Shown here: piece after piece, positions 41,562 through 56,373 of the stretch
Numbering within the stretch: the first letter of the stretch is position 1
Layout: every line of letters begins with the position of its first letter
Assembly: GCA_951406725.2 (NCBI GenBank)
Contig: OX597820.1
Coordinates: forward strand, 40,424,001-40,488,000
Length of the DNA stretch: 64,000 nucleotides
Origin: Octopus vulgaris
Lineage: Eukaryota
Reading direction: 5' to 3'
Position numbers and translations under genes: made by a program
The notes under the pieces: generated by a model
What the model was told of the DNA's origin: nothing
Seen by the model: only the letters and a program-made list of their open reading frames with translations
Database searches by the model: none

Positions 41562-42400
41562 TGAGTAATGTTTCTATAGTGTGATAGGCAAGATTTCAGT
41601 ATTTGAGTAATACAAAAACGGATGGAAAATGACATACCTTTTCTACACTTTTAGCATTTATCGTCTACACGAAATAATATTACGGTATGTTCAATGCAAT
41701 CTTCGTTATTATAAATAATCAATTCAGGTTACATCAGGGGTGCAAGTTAATATTCGCCACAAATGTTACTTCTGTTGCTAATAACTAATTTATAGACAGC
41801 CAGCCAGCTTTTTGAGACATCACTGGCTGTTTGGCAAGTATTAATCTATATTGGTTAGGCTTGACTTTCAGTTTAACATTCCGTGCATTCCTTCTTAGGG
41901 ATGAGTCTTCACAGTTGCAATTGGGAATGAACCCTTGACGTGACTTACGAGTGATGATGTCCTTAATTTTGGCGCCGCAACTGTATATAATTTGTTACCG
42001 AGTGCCTATTAAAAATCGTCGTCAGTTTGTGGCTTACTGGGAAATATTTATTTAATAACGCCAGGAATTCCTTGCCTAAGTTAGTTTTTGTTTCTAGTGA
42101 GAAAGGGAATGTGGGCCATATTTTCCTAAGTCTAGTTGCATTTTTAACTGAAGTGTTATATGGTATCTTATATTTAAAGTTGCTGTTGGCTAGAGTATTG
42201 TTATAGTAGAGGCTCCTTCATCAAACATTTCGTTTGAAGAGGACAGGTTAGATATCCTAATACTGATGCTAGGTAGTAGGTTTTTAGATGCTACAAGGGG
42301 GATGATATGACTGTATATGTATATATGTGTGATTTTCATTCAGTTTCTAAGAGAGTTTGTATCGATTTCTATTTTTTCATGCCGCAGTTGGATATTAATG
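41562..42400 (-). mobile_element. Penelope-like element fragment (RT thumb, linker, start of GIY-YIG)
   Basis: YIHIQSYHP..KNLLPSISIRISNLSSS..YYNNTL; SLETKTNLGKEFLALLNKYFPVSHKLTTIFNRHSV; LKSCLSHY. Confidence 0.8.
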
Positions 42401-42449
42401 CCGCAAAATAAGAACAGCAGCAATTTTAAATACAGTAAATACAGATATA

Positions 42450-43199
42450 CTAGGTTTGATCAACAAGTATCCGGACTGTTGCGACAGTAACGAAGCTTGA
42501 ACTTTGCTGTGTATACACACTAGGTTTTAACGTTGTAGCTCACTTCCGCTGTTTACAGCAGTGCTTGGAAGGAAGGTATGTAACGTGTGATCGTCGCATT
42601 GGATATGACAGAAAAATGTGTCATAGTGATACCTGCTCAGAGGCCTACGAAAAGTTGCAGAAAGTGTATGGAGAGGTGTGTATGAACGAAACACAAGTGT
42701 ACGAGTGGTTCAAACGTTTCCAGCATGGCCGAAAAGATATCGATATTGACAGCAGTTCTGGGAGATCCGCAACCAGGAGATCTGAGGAAAGCATCGCGTG
42801 CAGCAGCGAGGAGAAATCGTCGAATCACAATTTGTGAGTTATCAGTGGATATGCAGATTAGTTACCGTTCAGTTCAGCTCATTATCACTGAGCAAGATCT
42901 CCATGATTGTGTCGAGAACGTTGAAAACTTTTTGAAAATTTTGCGTAGGTCTCTGAGCAGGTATCACTAAGCTTTTGGCAAAATTTGATGCAGATTCACT
43001 TCTCAACTTTGTCGTGGTGAATGTGACGACCACACGCTACAAATCTTCCTTCCGAGCGCACTACTGCAAACAGCTAGAACTTTAAAACTTAGTGCGCAGG
43101 CACAGCGGAGTCTATGGTGAATCAGTGCCAAGCGGTTTTACAGAGTGGTTTAGCTTCGTTACTATGGCAACCATCCGGATACTTATTGATCAGACCACG
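42450..43199 (+). mobile_element. Internally deleted mariner element
   Basis: TIRs GGT.TGATCAA.AAGTATCCGGA..GTTGC / GCAACCATCCGGATACTTATTGATCAGACC; TA on both sides; HTH remnant EAYEKLQKVYGEVCMNETQVYEWFKRF..SGRS. Confidence 0.88.
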
Positions 43200-43515
43200 T
43201 ATACACACAAACACGCATCTCTCTCTCTCTCTCTGTATGCATACGCACACACACGCACGCACAAACACGCACGGAAACACATACACACTCACACACACAT
43301 ATATATATATATATATACTGGACCTGAAAAATTGCTTGGAGATACATGGCATATTATATAAACCTATTACTTTAATGTATCTTAAACGCATTACGCTATT
43401 AGTAACTCTTTTCTAATTGCGTATGCTTAATATTTATTATTCACTGGATGGAGTACCTTTTGTTTATCCTACCTAGTGTAACTGTAAATTATATGTGCGT
43501 GTGTGGTGCGCGCGC

Positions 43516-43563
<48 letters not shown>

Positions 43564-43673
43564 AAAGTTTACGAAAATAAACAGAAGACGAAGGCAGGTG
43601 GTGTACAAACAAACAAATGTATTAGTATAGCGCTCGGGAATAGAAAAATTGGACGTATATATATATATATATA

Positions 43674-45152
43674 TTAAGTTAAGTTAAGTTAATTTTTTTG
43701 GCTCAAAAAGCAAAAAGCAAGGCCATGTAGGGGGACATGGAGTTATGTACAGGGTGGTGTTCATGAAAAGAGTTCAGGCAATTTCAGGTCAAGAGAGACT
43801 TTGAACCGAGCGGACGTTAGCATCTTCACTATCTCGTCCGGCAGCTTATTCCACGGATCCGCAGCCCGGACGGAGAAAGCCCCTCTCCTTCGATTGAGAT
43901 GAAATCGTAGCAGAAAGAGCTTTTCGGAGTGACCCCGCAGCCGACGCTCTGGAGTAGGAGTGAAGAACAGCTCTTTCGAGAGGTTACACTTTCCGCTTAT
44001 GATGTTGTGAGCAAGAATGAGATCACCACAGCGTCGTCGTTTTTCTAGAGAATAAAGGTCGAGCGTCTTCAGCCTTTCTTCATAAGACAAATGCTTGAGA
44101 CCAAGAACCATGCGGGTAGCCAGATTCTGGACTCTTTGGAGATGATGTATGTCTTTGAGGAGATAAGGAGAAGAGACTTGAATCCCGTACACCAATATGG
44201 GTCTCACCAGCGTGACATAGAGCGGTAGGAATATGGCTGCTGTGAGCATTCCGAATGACCGTCGAATCAAAAACAGAACTCCGCGTGCTTTGTTGGCAGC
44301 ATGGACGCACTGGGCCGAAGGCGAAGAGGAATATCCACCAAGATACCCAGGTCCTTTACCTGGTCGGTCCTCTCCAGCAGGCTCGTAATCAAGTTGAGTT
44401 GCAGGAGAAGAGCCAACAAGCAGATGACAGCACTTTGACGCGTTCAGACACAGGTCCCATTCGTTAGACCATCTCCAAAGTTGGTGGAGGCATCGACGAA
44501 GATCATCTATATCACCGCGAGGAACGACCAGTTTGACATCATCGGCAAATAGAAGAGTGTGTTGCGTGAGGTCGTCGGGCAAGTCATTTATAAAGACTAA
44601 GAACAATAAGGGCCCAAGCACTGAACCTTGAGGCACGCCACTGCTCGCACTGGAGACGTCGGACAGCGAACAATTAACTTGGACTTGGAGGAAGCGATCT
44701 GAGAGGAAGGCACCAACCCAACGTACAATATATGGATGGAAACTATATGCTTGAAGCTTGACAAGTAATAGGCGGTGGTTTACCGAGTCAAAAGCTTTGG
44801 CAAAGTCCAATAAAACGATGTCAACAGCATCACCATCATCCAGGATACGCGTCACCAATTCTTCCATTACCAGTAAGTTGGTCAAGCATGATCAACACGA
44901 AGCCGTGTTGGAAATCAGAGATAGAGGCTGTGCTTTGAAGGTGGAGCAACATACTTTTCTTAAGGATGGTTTCGAACATCTTGCTGATTATTGAAGTAAG
45001 GGAAACAGGTCGGTAGTTAAGCGGGTCTTCGCAGCTCCCTTTCTTGAATATCGGGCAGATTATCGCTGTTCTCCAGTCCGCAGGTATAACACCCGTCGCC
45101 AATGACATATTGAATAGAATTGTTAAAGGTTCGCAGATGACCGGAGCCAACG
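43674..45152 (-). mobile_element. 5'-truncated CR1-clade LINE with (TTAAC)n tail
   Basis: NYRPVSLTS, QHGF, LDFAKAFDSVNH, SGVPQGSVLGPLLFLVFINDL, FADD, LSYEERLKTLDLYSLEKRR, WNKLP; frameshift near 44890; TTAAG repeats at 43674-43692. Confidence 0.9.
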
Positions 45153-45191
45153 CTTTGATAATATATATATATGTGTATGGTTACACATACA

Positions 45192-45232
<41 letters not shown>

Positions 45233-48138
45233 CATATTTATTTTTGTCTTTTGCTTGTTTCAGGTATTAGACCGTGGACACACTGGCGGAACGCTTTGAG
45301 GAATTTTAGTCGAATGAATCGACCCCTGTAATTTTTTTAAGCTAGGTACTTACTGTGTCGGTAATTTTTTCGTTTTTCACATAATCGCTCATTTATGTGG
45401 ACATATGCGCACCAAACCCCGTTGTGAAGCGGTGCTGGGGGACAGACACAGAAACAAAAGCACACAATCACACACTTTCACACACACAAACACATACATA
45501 CACACACACAAACACGCATACATACATACTTACCAGCAGCGGACCTCTGCACACTCAATTAAACTCAAACGTACCAAACGTGTGTATCGAACTAGGAAGT
45601 TATTTATGAAGCTATATTCTTAACAATACGACCATTCCTGCGTGTTTTACCTTTTTATGAAATAAATAACAAGGCCTCTTCTTTAAGTTCCTCATTTTGT
45701 TCTTATTTATAATTTGAACAATGTTTTTTTAAGGTTAATTTTTACCGAGACCAATATACAAACTATTTAAATATTTTAAATGCATTACGCTTTAAAATAA
45801 TTATATATTCTTACGATGGAATTTCATCAATTGGGTAGAAAACGAAAAAATAATTTAGCTATTGTGATAAATGAATTCTATGAAAACAATCATGTTTTTT
45901 TTTTAGTTAATCACAAGATAATTAATTATTTTTAATTGAATAAGCAAAGATGGAACAGTAGAAATGTTTTTTCATAAATCATGATCATGAACTATTTTAT
46001 GTTGGTTCATAAATTCATTAAAAGAAAATTCTACAAGATTATTTTCGAATGATCAATATCAAGTATATTTATATATATACTGAAGTTATTTTGTTTGTAT
46101 TTTTTAGTATTTCTAAAACTATATTTGATTTTAGAAGTAACTTGCTCGCAATAAAACTTACTTAATTCTTGTTAGCTCTACATCAGCCCTTACAGACTGA
46201 TAATCAGAAGCACTCAGACTGCGACTTCATCACCTTAAGCTTTTTTAATAGTTGTGTATTTCGGATCAAATTGTACAGTGTGTCCTCTCTTTTTTTCTTT
46301 AATGAGTGCTTGTAACTCAAAGTAGATTTATTAGTTCTGCCTTTGGGATAGATTGACCAAGTTAAAGGCTTCTTACGATTTATGGTTTGGTTTTACAGTG
46401 CATAGAACCTGGCTAGGAATCAATCTGGGAGCTCCAAGTAGGAAAGAAGTATGGAGATTTTAAGGCAGTGTATAATAGCTGTCGTCAGCTTCATAGTTTT
46501 CTTAACAAAATCGGAAGTATAATAGAAATAATTATAACTGAATTTTGAAATAGTATTACGGTATTGGATTCTGGAATAGAATCGTATCCAAGTTTATATT
46601 ATTTTCAATTTCATTTATAAATGTTTACCGTTAGATAAATCCAGCCATATATCTTATACTGAACACACAGAGACATAATTGTAAAGAGAATATTAGTTTA
46701 CTCTCGCTGCTCTCAAGACAGTTTCTAATGACCTCTGTTGCTTCATTTGTGAAGATAAATTAATCAATTTGACAAATAGTAAACATTCTCACTCTCAGGT
46801 ATTTACTCACTTCATTATTTGATTAACTTTTATTGGTAAGATATTTTTGTCACCCTCCTTGTGATCTATACTTTGAACTTTACTTTTATTCAGACATTAA
46901 GAAGTTATCGAAAAGTTACTTTCCTTGGACAACAAATAATACTAAATTTTAAATTCTTGCTTAGCGAGAAAAATATTCCATTTTGATTCCTTGATAATTG
47001 TGGGCAAGTGATATGAAATAATGAATAGAGAACCTTGTAGGCATTGCCGTTGTAATCAATCTACCTTTTTTTTTTATAAAACATGCTTTTTTAAAATTAT
47101 TTTAGGTTTTTCTCATAACATAATGATCACGAATTTGTATGGTCAATAGACCGTCACATAGATTGCATATTTTCTCTATTCCGGTTTTCTGCACTGTGAC
47201 GGCAAAACCCAGCAAGACCAATTTTGCCTTTCATCGCTTCGATGGTAGATTAATAAACTGTAAATCAAGTAACGAAGTCGATTTTTCTCTCTCTTTCCTC
47301 TTCTTTCTCTCTCTTCTCCTCTCTCCCTCTCAGTCCTTCTCTCTCTTCCTCGGAACCAAGTACTTGTATCCTAAAAATATTCGTGCATGAGTTCTCACAA
47401 GCGTTAGAAGTCATTAAATTTGATAACCTACTCCATTGGTGTATGCGTAAATGTAGTGGGTAAAGTGACTGGATACTTGTCTATACTTTTCCGATAACAA
47501 ATATGAAGTAGTCCGAAAGGCTTATCACGAATTCCTATTTGAAAAGGTGGAGATTGCGCAAACACCTTCGAGGTTTTAGATATTAGCTTCTCAATAATGA
47601 CAATCACATGCATTCACATATATATCTGATGTAGCCTGTAGATATTTAGAACTGAAATTCCCGACAGCGTTAAAATAGATATATTGAAGCTCAAACATAT
47701 ATTGGTAATGAACAAAAGAAGGAATAATCAACACTCTACTGGCGATAATTTCTTGAAATAGTAGTGCTGTTGAGACAACTGCAAAAGTTTGGTGGGAATA
47801 AATTGACAATAACTCAATCGTTGTTTGAATAATGGTTGCCACACGGACATCTCCTTGTAAGTGAAGACAAATGAAATTTTGTGCGGCCAAAGACGATACT
47901 AAGGCAAAGAGTCAAGTGTAAAATTGGTTTTATATGTTGAGTATTATAAAAGTGGCAACCGGTGTCGTTTATTCAAAATTTATGTATATGAATATCTATA
48001 TTTGCAGTTCTTAATTTTATATGATACCTCAATGATTGTAATGGAATATATTTGTCTAATCATACACACACATACGCATACACACACAAACACATATATA
48101 TGATTGAATGGTACGCATCCATTTCCAAGTAAGTTTGT

Positions 48139-48139
<1 letters not shown>

Positions 48140-48176
<37 letters not shown>

Positions 48177-48355
48177 TAGATAGATAGATAGATAGATAGA
48201 TCGATAGATAGATATATAGATAGATAGATAGATAGATAAATATATAGATAGATAGATAGATAGATCGATACATAGATAGATAAATAGATAAATAGATAGA
48301 TAGATAGATCGATACATAGATTGATAAATAGATAAATAGATAGATAAATAGATAC

Positions 48356-48442
<87 letters not shown>
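48140..48442. repeat. (TA)n/(GATA)n microsatellite
   Basis: Direct inspection; a similar tract lies at 25183-25432. Confidence 0.95.
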
Positions 48443-48719
48443 TACATTCTAACTAGTTGTATTTGTGTCTCACCTTCACCCTCCCTTTGTCTCTGTATAC
48501 ATGCATACATACATATATACATGTGTGTGTGTGTGTGTGTGTATAATGTGTATATATATATATATGTTTATATATATGTGGGTGTGAGTGTGAATGTGTG
48601 TATGTGTGCGTGTGTGTATGTATATAAGATTGTTCAGGCTAAATTTGATGATGTTTTTATGCCTCATTTTTCTGGATAGGCTTCACTTATGAGGGAACAG
48701 ATTTGGAGAACATAAAGAC

Positions 48720-49350
48720 TAAAGTTATAGTTGAGAAAAAGTTTGCTGACATGGACGACTGGAAGCCATCTACATACTGGAAATATTTACATGATGATTT
48801 GCGACGGGCACCAAAATGTCGAGATGGCTACTGCTCAATTCTCTATGTAAATACTCTGTAAAAGTTGAAAGACATAACGAGGACAGCTTTAATGGAAACT
48901 ACGAAGCTGTGGCCAGCAACAAGGGACAAAGAAGTTGTTCTGACAGCATTTGAATGTCAGGATATATCACCGGCATACATTTGAACAATTCTGAAGACTA
49001 TGCAAATATGCTTGAAGCTGTGGTAGACCCTCACTGGAGGGGGTTTTTATTGGAAGGTCATATGCGTAGCAACAGGATTCGCCTAACTGCTATAACTCTG
49101 CCGTGTCAGGAATTGCTGGCGGAAGAATTCTACCACTTCTCTTGCGTCCATTTCTGGTCTTCTAATTCTCCTGATTGTAATCCTTTGGATGTTGTGAGTA
49201 TGAGACATGATTAAAAAAGACACTAGCTGCTATGCCAGCAAATCCAAGCCCGATCTAGTGGCCCAAATCAAGGAGATGTTCCTAGATGTTCCCAGGGACA
49301 CATTGATGAATGCATGCGTCATGTTCCGGAGCTGTCAAAGCCATTCCAGC
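48720..49350 (+). mobile_element. Degenerate Tc1/mariner-superfamily transposase relic
   Basis: FWSSNSPDCNPLD matches the WPxxSPDLNPxD motif, followed by LVAQIKEMF..TLMNACVMFRS. Confidence 0.7.
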
Positions 49351-51156
49351 AATGGCTCTGACGAAAGTATCGTTAATATTCTTAAGTTTTTCAATTTATC
49401 TCAGCTGATCCATAGACCAATTGAGTAAACCAATATAAAATGACTACTGGAAGAAAGAGCTGTAAGCTAAATTTGCTATAATAAAGGAATTATATATTGT
49501 GAGCACTACTTTAACTGGTCTATTATATATTATTCTGTAAAAAACAGTTTATCTGAAGTCCATCCACAGATTTGAAATATAGATTTGTGATGAATCATAA
49601 CATTGGACCCCACCAAAAGATTACATGGAGTTCTTCACTATTCTCAGTAATACTGTTCGCCTGGTGTGCCAGCAGAGAGCTTTAAAGTATTTTACCTTGA
49701 TTGATAATCCCTCACTATTTGTTCTGTAATATATAAACGCGTGTGTATGTGTGTGTGTGTGTTTGTGTGTGTGCATGCGTGTGAGTGTATGTGTCTGTAT
49801 ATATATATATATATGCCTTTGAGTGACTATATGTCCTTGTATGTAACGGGTACGCGTGGGATATATAGGGGTGCTCTATCGTTACAACAATGTCCACATG
49901 TTTCTCATTGCTTATATAAATATGTAAGACCACGAAAATTATATTTTAAAAGTGTTAGTGTCCATTCAGTTTTACATAACGCAATTTAAAAATTATAAAC
50001 TATATGTGCAAACTGCAAGCTACGATACGTTTGCCATGCTCTGGTGCTGTAATATTTGGCTCAGACACAATGGTTTTTGAATTGTGTGTATCATGTAAAA
50101 GTCACGCGTTAAAATAACGAAGTTTAAAGCAAGATAGAGTTAAGTTTTAATATTGCAATGCATATTTCAATCATGGGTCATATGATATAAAATTTTCTTA
50201 ACATCGATCGCACTGAATATCGAGGGTAAGAAAATAACAGCTGGGTACTCAGATATTTTCCTAATTACCTCCCTACTTTGCTATTTTTTTCACCACCGTA
50301 CATTTATAAACAACACATGTATCAACACTCATCCAAATATTCTTTGATTATTCATTGCCGGATATACCAACGAATGATATGCCTATAAGATCATACATAC
50401 CTACATGCATACATACACACATATATGCATACATCTACATACATATTTATATATATAAATACACGTATAAATATGCATATATATGTGTGTGCATAATGCA
50501 TAAATATTTAATATATATGTTTATATATATATATATGCATAATGCATACATATTTTAATATATATGTTTATATATATATATATATGCATGTATTTATATG
50601 TGCACACATACACAGATGCATATTTTTATGTATGTATATACTAAAATAAAATTAAAAAGTAAATGAATATATTCATCCTTATATGGAATATTCTTTAATA
50701 CGACTTTCTATAGAACGTCCAAAAAAAAACCGATATCACTGACACATAGAAACGAACCCATTCTCTTTTCAAATCGCATAAATAGCATAAATCCTCAAAT
50801 GAATTCTGCTTATATTCTCTGTCACAACACATGTGCAAAAACCACACAGACACACACACATATATACACTGCCATAAACATACATACAATGAGAGAGTGA
50901 GAGAGGAGGTAAGAGGGAGAGAGAAAAGGAATCACACTCACTTTTCCAACTACATGCTCTTTCTTTGCCTATGCATTCCACTATAAATTTTGAAGGATCT
51001 TTTACACTCTATCTATTCTAGCTTCAAATCTAGAAGAATCCAAAACAGAAAGATGGATGACATGGGTTACATAAGATATTTCATGAAAATTTGATAAATA
51101 AGTTAAAACAGATTTTTTTTTATAAATTGTGAGAAAAGAAATACTGACAAGAGCTT

Positions 51157-51318
<162 letters not shown>

Positions 51319-51443
51319 GCATTTGAGTGCATCTTTTCAGTTTCTTTCACTTATTTTTCTTTCAAATCAATGACATAGATTGGTCGTTCAGGAAATAAAG
51401 GGAATGAAAGAACTCTATTACATAATTTTGTGTATGTGTGTAC

Positions 51444-51475
<32 letters not shown>

Positions 51476-51661
51476 ATGTGTGTGTGTGTATGTATGTATG
51501 TATGTATGCATGTATGTAAGTATGTATGTATTTATGTATGTATGTACATGTGTGTGTATGTAAGTATACATATACACAGACATATATATATATACATATA
51601 TATATGCTTATGTTTATATATAGAATTATATATACACATAAATATATACATGTGTGTGCAC

Positions 51662-51697
<36 letters not shown>

Positions 51698-52900
51698 CCT
51701 ATATCATATGCTGAACAACATCTATAATATATATGTGATATAGAGAAGCACATATGCATATATGGTTTTGCGTTTGTGCATCTAGGTATGTATGCATATA
51801 ATTCAAACAGACATTGCTTGAAGGGAAGCCTACTGCAGTTTTAAAGAAGGAGACCAGAATATAAAAGAGGGGAAAAGTTAGGGGTAAAAATAATGCAAGT
51901 TGAGAAAGCATGATAGGAAATGGAAAAAGAGAAAGATAGTGTCAGTTCATTTTAAGAGTGAAATATACTGGGATATATAGCGTAACGCTGGGGTCAATTC
52001 ATCATTTTTGCAAGAATGAAAAGAAAGGAAAATGCTAAGTAATTGGTGGCGTGGATACTATAGTAATTTTAGTGCAGATCGTAAGATATTAGTATGTAAT
52101 CCAACTCTTGATTTTTCCATTCTTTTTATCCTTGTTTATATTCTTTTAAGGTTACAATCACTGTTTTCTTTCATATTTAGCTTCTCTCTCCCACTCTCTG
52201 TCTCTCTGTCTCTTCCTCTTCCTCTCACTCTCTTCCTCTCACCCCTCTATTTCGCAAAGATGTATCCTGTTGCACGAAACTAACGATTATAAATAACGTA
52301 ACGTTTCGGAGAATATCTTACAGGAAGTATGCTGACCAGGTTCTAAGGAAATGATATCGATGTATTCTAATCGGCATTTAAAATCGAGGTCTTAAATTCT
52401 ACATTATTTGGATATTTTGAACGCAATTTTCCCTGTCAGATAAATTTTGTTATACATGATGGAGATTCTCTATATGTCATTATTTGCATAAGTACGTGTC
52501 TATATATATATATAAACACATACATATATGAGGGAGGAGCATTGTGTATGTGTACGGTAACTTATTTGTCTTAGTTCATATTTATACCTTTTATGTTAAT
52601 TGCCTAGGCCTCATATGTGTCATATTTTTCATGTATGTCCAAGTGTCAACTAGAAATAAAATACAGCAACTGCTATGCTGATGATGCCTAAATACAAAGA
52701 AATGGATCCGCAGCTATCCTCTTGCTTTAAGAGAATGTGATTGTCCTTTCCCTAGTGCTGGGTGTATGTTGATGTTATCTCCTGTTCGCATTTTCAGATC
52801 ATAATAGTTGTTATAAGAAGCTGTTCTATCTTATCTGAAGCCGATGATTATTTCGATATCAATATATATATTTAAATTATATATATATAGTGCATTTGAA

Positions 52901-52938
<38 letters not shown>

Positions 52939-53831
52939 CATTTGAAAATAATATAATATATATGTGTGTATGTGTATGTGTGTAAATAGAGATAAAGCGA
53001 GAAATAGATGGATAGAAAGATAGATACATTATATGACGTACATATGTATGCACGCATGTATACGTCAAAAATAACAACACGGAAGAGAATGTGAAATGCA
53101 TGTTTACCGCTGATGCATAATTAGAATATTCTAGGCATCTCTGACATTTCGTATGTAAACCTTTTCCAGAAAGTTTGACATTCAGAAGAAGGATATATTT
53201 TTCAAGACATTTCTGGAGTCTAGTAGTATCCTCACCCTCCTGAAAGCCTGGTAATTGTTCTAAGAACAAGTACAGAAATAATGCAAACGCAAATAATTAC
53301 AGGTTGTTGTTTGGCACTCGTATCAACAATGTTTTGGAGTGAAACATCCGGGAGAAAATGATTATGGTCATCAGCAGAATAGCATGTGAATTTCCACATT
53401 GAAAGAAATTGCCACACACTGGTGATGCTATATTATGAACACTGACAAAGCAGTTCCTCAACCAATCGTTTGTTATAAATCAATTTTCCGAAGCTACGTC
53501 TATCACGGGCATATATCTCAAAGTCGAGGTATATATGTCATAGTCATATAGTCCGGAACACTGGAGGACACCTGATTGTAAGCCTTTCTTAAATACAGAA
53601 TGGAAGTTGTTGAAACTAGCCTTACTACTATGAATGGCCAACTAGGTTGAGTGATGCGTCACAATGGGACTGCCTTGTGAGAATTAATGTTTCGTATAAG
53701 TCTGTATGAATTCTCGTCAGTAACACTGTTCTTACGAGCAATAGCGTTGATATATGATATCAAAAGCAAAAAAAAGTTATCCGCACAACCAAAAACCTAC
53801 TGAGCTATCGCCAAACGACATGGATATTCGT

Positions 53832-54031
53832 TTCAAATTATTGTACAATTTTGGGGGAGGATTTAAGTTCATTACATCGACTCACTGTTTAACTGGTCTT
53901 TAATTTATCGACCCAGCAAGGATGAAAGGTAAAGTCGACCTCTGTGGTATTTGAACTCAAAAGTTAAGGATAGAAAAAATGCCAGTGAGCATTTTGCCCG
54001 ATGTACTAACGATTCTGCCTACTTGCCGCCT
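53832..54031 (-). mobile_element. tRNA-derived SINE (family of 61541)
   Basis: TTTATCGACCC..GGATGAAAGGTAAAGTCGACCTC..ATTTGAACTC. Confidence 0.7.
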
Positions 54032-54537
54032 TACACAATATGAATATTGAAAGCACAAAGGTTTCAAACTGTTTGATCATAGCACAATGTGTTTATATGC
54101 AGCTGGAAGATATGATAATAGTCAAAGTATATGCGGGCCTAAGAATTGTAATGTTTAAATACGCATTGTTCCAAGTGCATGTTCTATGTCAGCCTGCAAA
54201 ACTTAAAGATGCATTATTCTTTGTGCATGTTGAATGTCACTAAAAATGCTTTGTTCCACACAGCCCAAAAAGTACAAATGTGAAAATGAAAGTAGTAGTA
54301 GAATCGAGAGAGTGGAAGTATTATTAAGTTAAAGTTAAAAGGAAAAAACCTTAGCAATCTCAGTTGGTACATGTACAAATGAAGTGGAGAGACACCGAGG
54401 AAGGGTGGAGAGAGACAAGTATTTTAAAATCAGTGAATAAAATATGTCGATTAGAATAAGCGGAAGAGAGAACGTGTAATTAATGGCATGGTTCTATAAA
54501 TACACATATAACTACTTTAGTATTTATTTCTTTAAAA

Positions 54538-54897
54538 GGAGGCGAGCTGGCAGAAACGTTAGCAGCTGGGCGAAATACTAAGCGGTATTTCATCTGTCGT
54601 TACGTTCTGAGTTCAAATTTCGTCCTTTCGGGGTCGATTAAATATGTACCAGTTACGCACTAGGGTCAATATAATCGACTTAATCCGTTTGTCTCTCCTT
54701 GTTTGTCCTCTCTGTGATTAGCTCCTTGTAGGTAGTAAAGAAATGGGTATTTCGTCTGTCTTTACGTTCTGAATTCAAATTCCTCCGAGGTTGACTTTGC
54801 CTTTCATCCTTTCGGGGTCGATAAATTAAGTATCAGTTACGTACTGGAGTCGATCTAATCGACTAGCCCCCTCCCTTGTGCCTAGGGTAGAAAAGTA
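54538..54897 (+). mobile_element. Two tandem copies (one partial) of the tRNA-derived SINE
   Basis: GGCGAGCTGGCAGAAACGTTAGC...GAGTTCAAAT; the second unit restarts at ~54747. Confidence 0.8.
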
Positions 54898-55061
54898 TAT
54901 CTATTTCTTTAAATCTACCCTTTAAATATACCATGTCTTACGCAACGATGAAACTATAGGCCATCCCGTATTTACTGGTTATACATTACAATATCGGTAA
55001 CTGTAAAATTTTGTCACACGAATGTCCGTAACGCAAACTTGGATACATACATACTTACATG

Positions 55062-55102
<41 letters not shown>

Positions 55103-55195
55103 CACACACACACGGATCAGAGAGATGTACGTACATATAACTGCATGTGTAGAAATGTGTGTGCATGTATTCTAATATATAGATATGAATATATA

Positions 55196-55471
55196 CAGTG
55201 GCGAACTGGGTGTAAAAATATTGGTTGCCAGGGGATTAAGGAGGTTCCAACCGCAACTAAAATGCTATTTTTCTTTTTTTTTCTTTTTTTGTTAAAAATA
55301 TTCTTTTCAACTGTCTACAAACACAGCCAGAATGAAATAATTAATGCATCCTTCCGAGACTTGAGGGGATGGGCCCCTTAGATACTAACATGGGCCACCA
55401 TATATGGATTCTAATGGCGCAGGGGCCCACTTGCCATTGGGCAAGCTGGCAACCTCGCCTGTCCGCCACTG
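55196..55471. mobile_element. MITE with CAGTGGCG TIRs, flanked by TA
   Basis: CAGTGGCGAACTGG ... CCTGTCCGCCACTG; GGGCCC subterminal motifs. Confidence 0.7.
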
Positions 55472-55491
55472 TATAAACACACACACACATA

Positions 55492-56373
55492 CGGTTCGAT
55501 CAATAAGTATACGGACTGTTGCCATAGTAACGAAGATATTGCACGTAGAGTATAGCCACCAAGCACAGATTGAACTTGAACACTGATGAGTATACACGCT
55601 GAGTTTTAACGTTGTAGCTCACTTCCGCTATTTACAACAGTGCTTGGAAAGAAAGTGTGTAGCGTGTGATCGGCACATTGACCGTGACAGAAAAAGTTGT
55701 CATAGCAATACCTGCTCAGAGGCTTATACAAATTTGCAGAACGTGTAGAGAGAGAAGTGCATGAGCCGCATGCAAGTGTACGAGTGGTTCAGACGTTTCC
55801 AAGATGGCCGAAAAAATCTCGATATCGACGACCGTTCTGGGAGATCCAGAACCAGGAGAACTGAGAAAAAGATCGCAGATGCGCGTGCAGCTGTGAAGGG
55901 AAATCGTCAAATCATCATCCGTGAGTTATCAGCGGATATGCAAATTAGTTACGGTTCAGTTCAGCCATTTTTCACTGAAGATTTGGGTATGCGATGCGTG
56001 TCTGCCAAGTTTGAGCCAAAACTGCTTTCAGCTGACCAAAAAGACATTCGGCTTTCAGTTGCACAAGATCTCCTTTGATTGTATCGAGAACGATGAAAAC
56101 TTTGCGTAGGCCTCTGAGTAGGTATCGCCATTCTTTTGGCAAAATTTGAAGCAAATTCTCTTCTCAACTTTCTCTGTCATGGTCAATTCGACGATCATAC
56201 GCTACAAGCCTTACTTCCAAGCACTGCTATAAACAGCGGAATAAGACAGTACGTTCATATTTAGTGCGCATGCACAGCAGCGTTCAAGGGCAATCTGTGC
56301 CAAGCAGCTTCACTCTCTATGCTTTAGCCTCGTTACTATGGCAACAGTCCGGATAGTTATTGATCAGACCACA
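55492..56373 (+). mobile_element. Internally deleted mariner element, same family as 42450-43199
   Basis: Matching TIRs and TA flanks; ORF QVYEWFRRFQDGRKNLDIDDRSGRS..SAKFEPKLLS (HTH plus WVP-like linker). Confidence 0.9.

Noticed and set aside
43674-43692. Telomere-like pentamer repeat
   Set aside because: It is the short (TTAAC)n tail of the CR1-like LINE.
53100-53800. Possible MULE transposase relic on the minus strand
   Set aside because: Only vague similarity; no motif I can defend.
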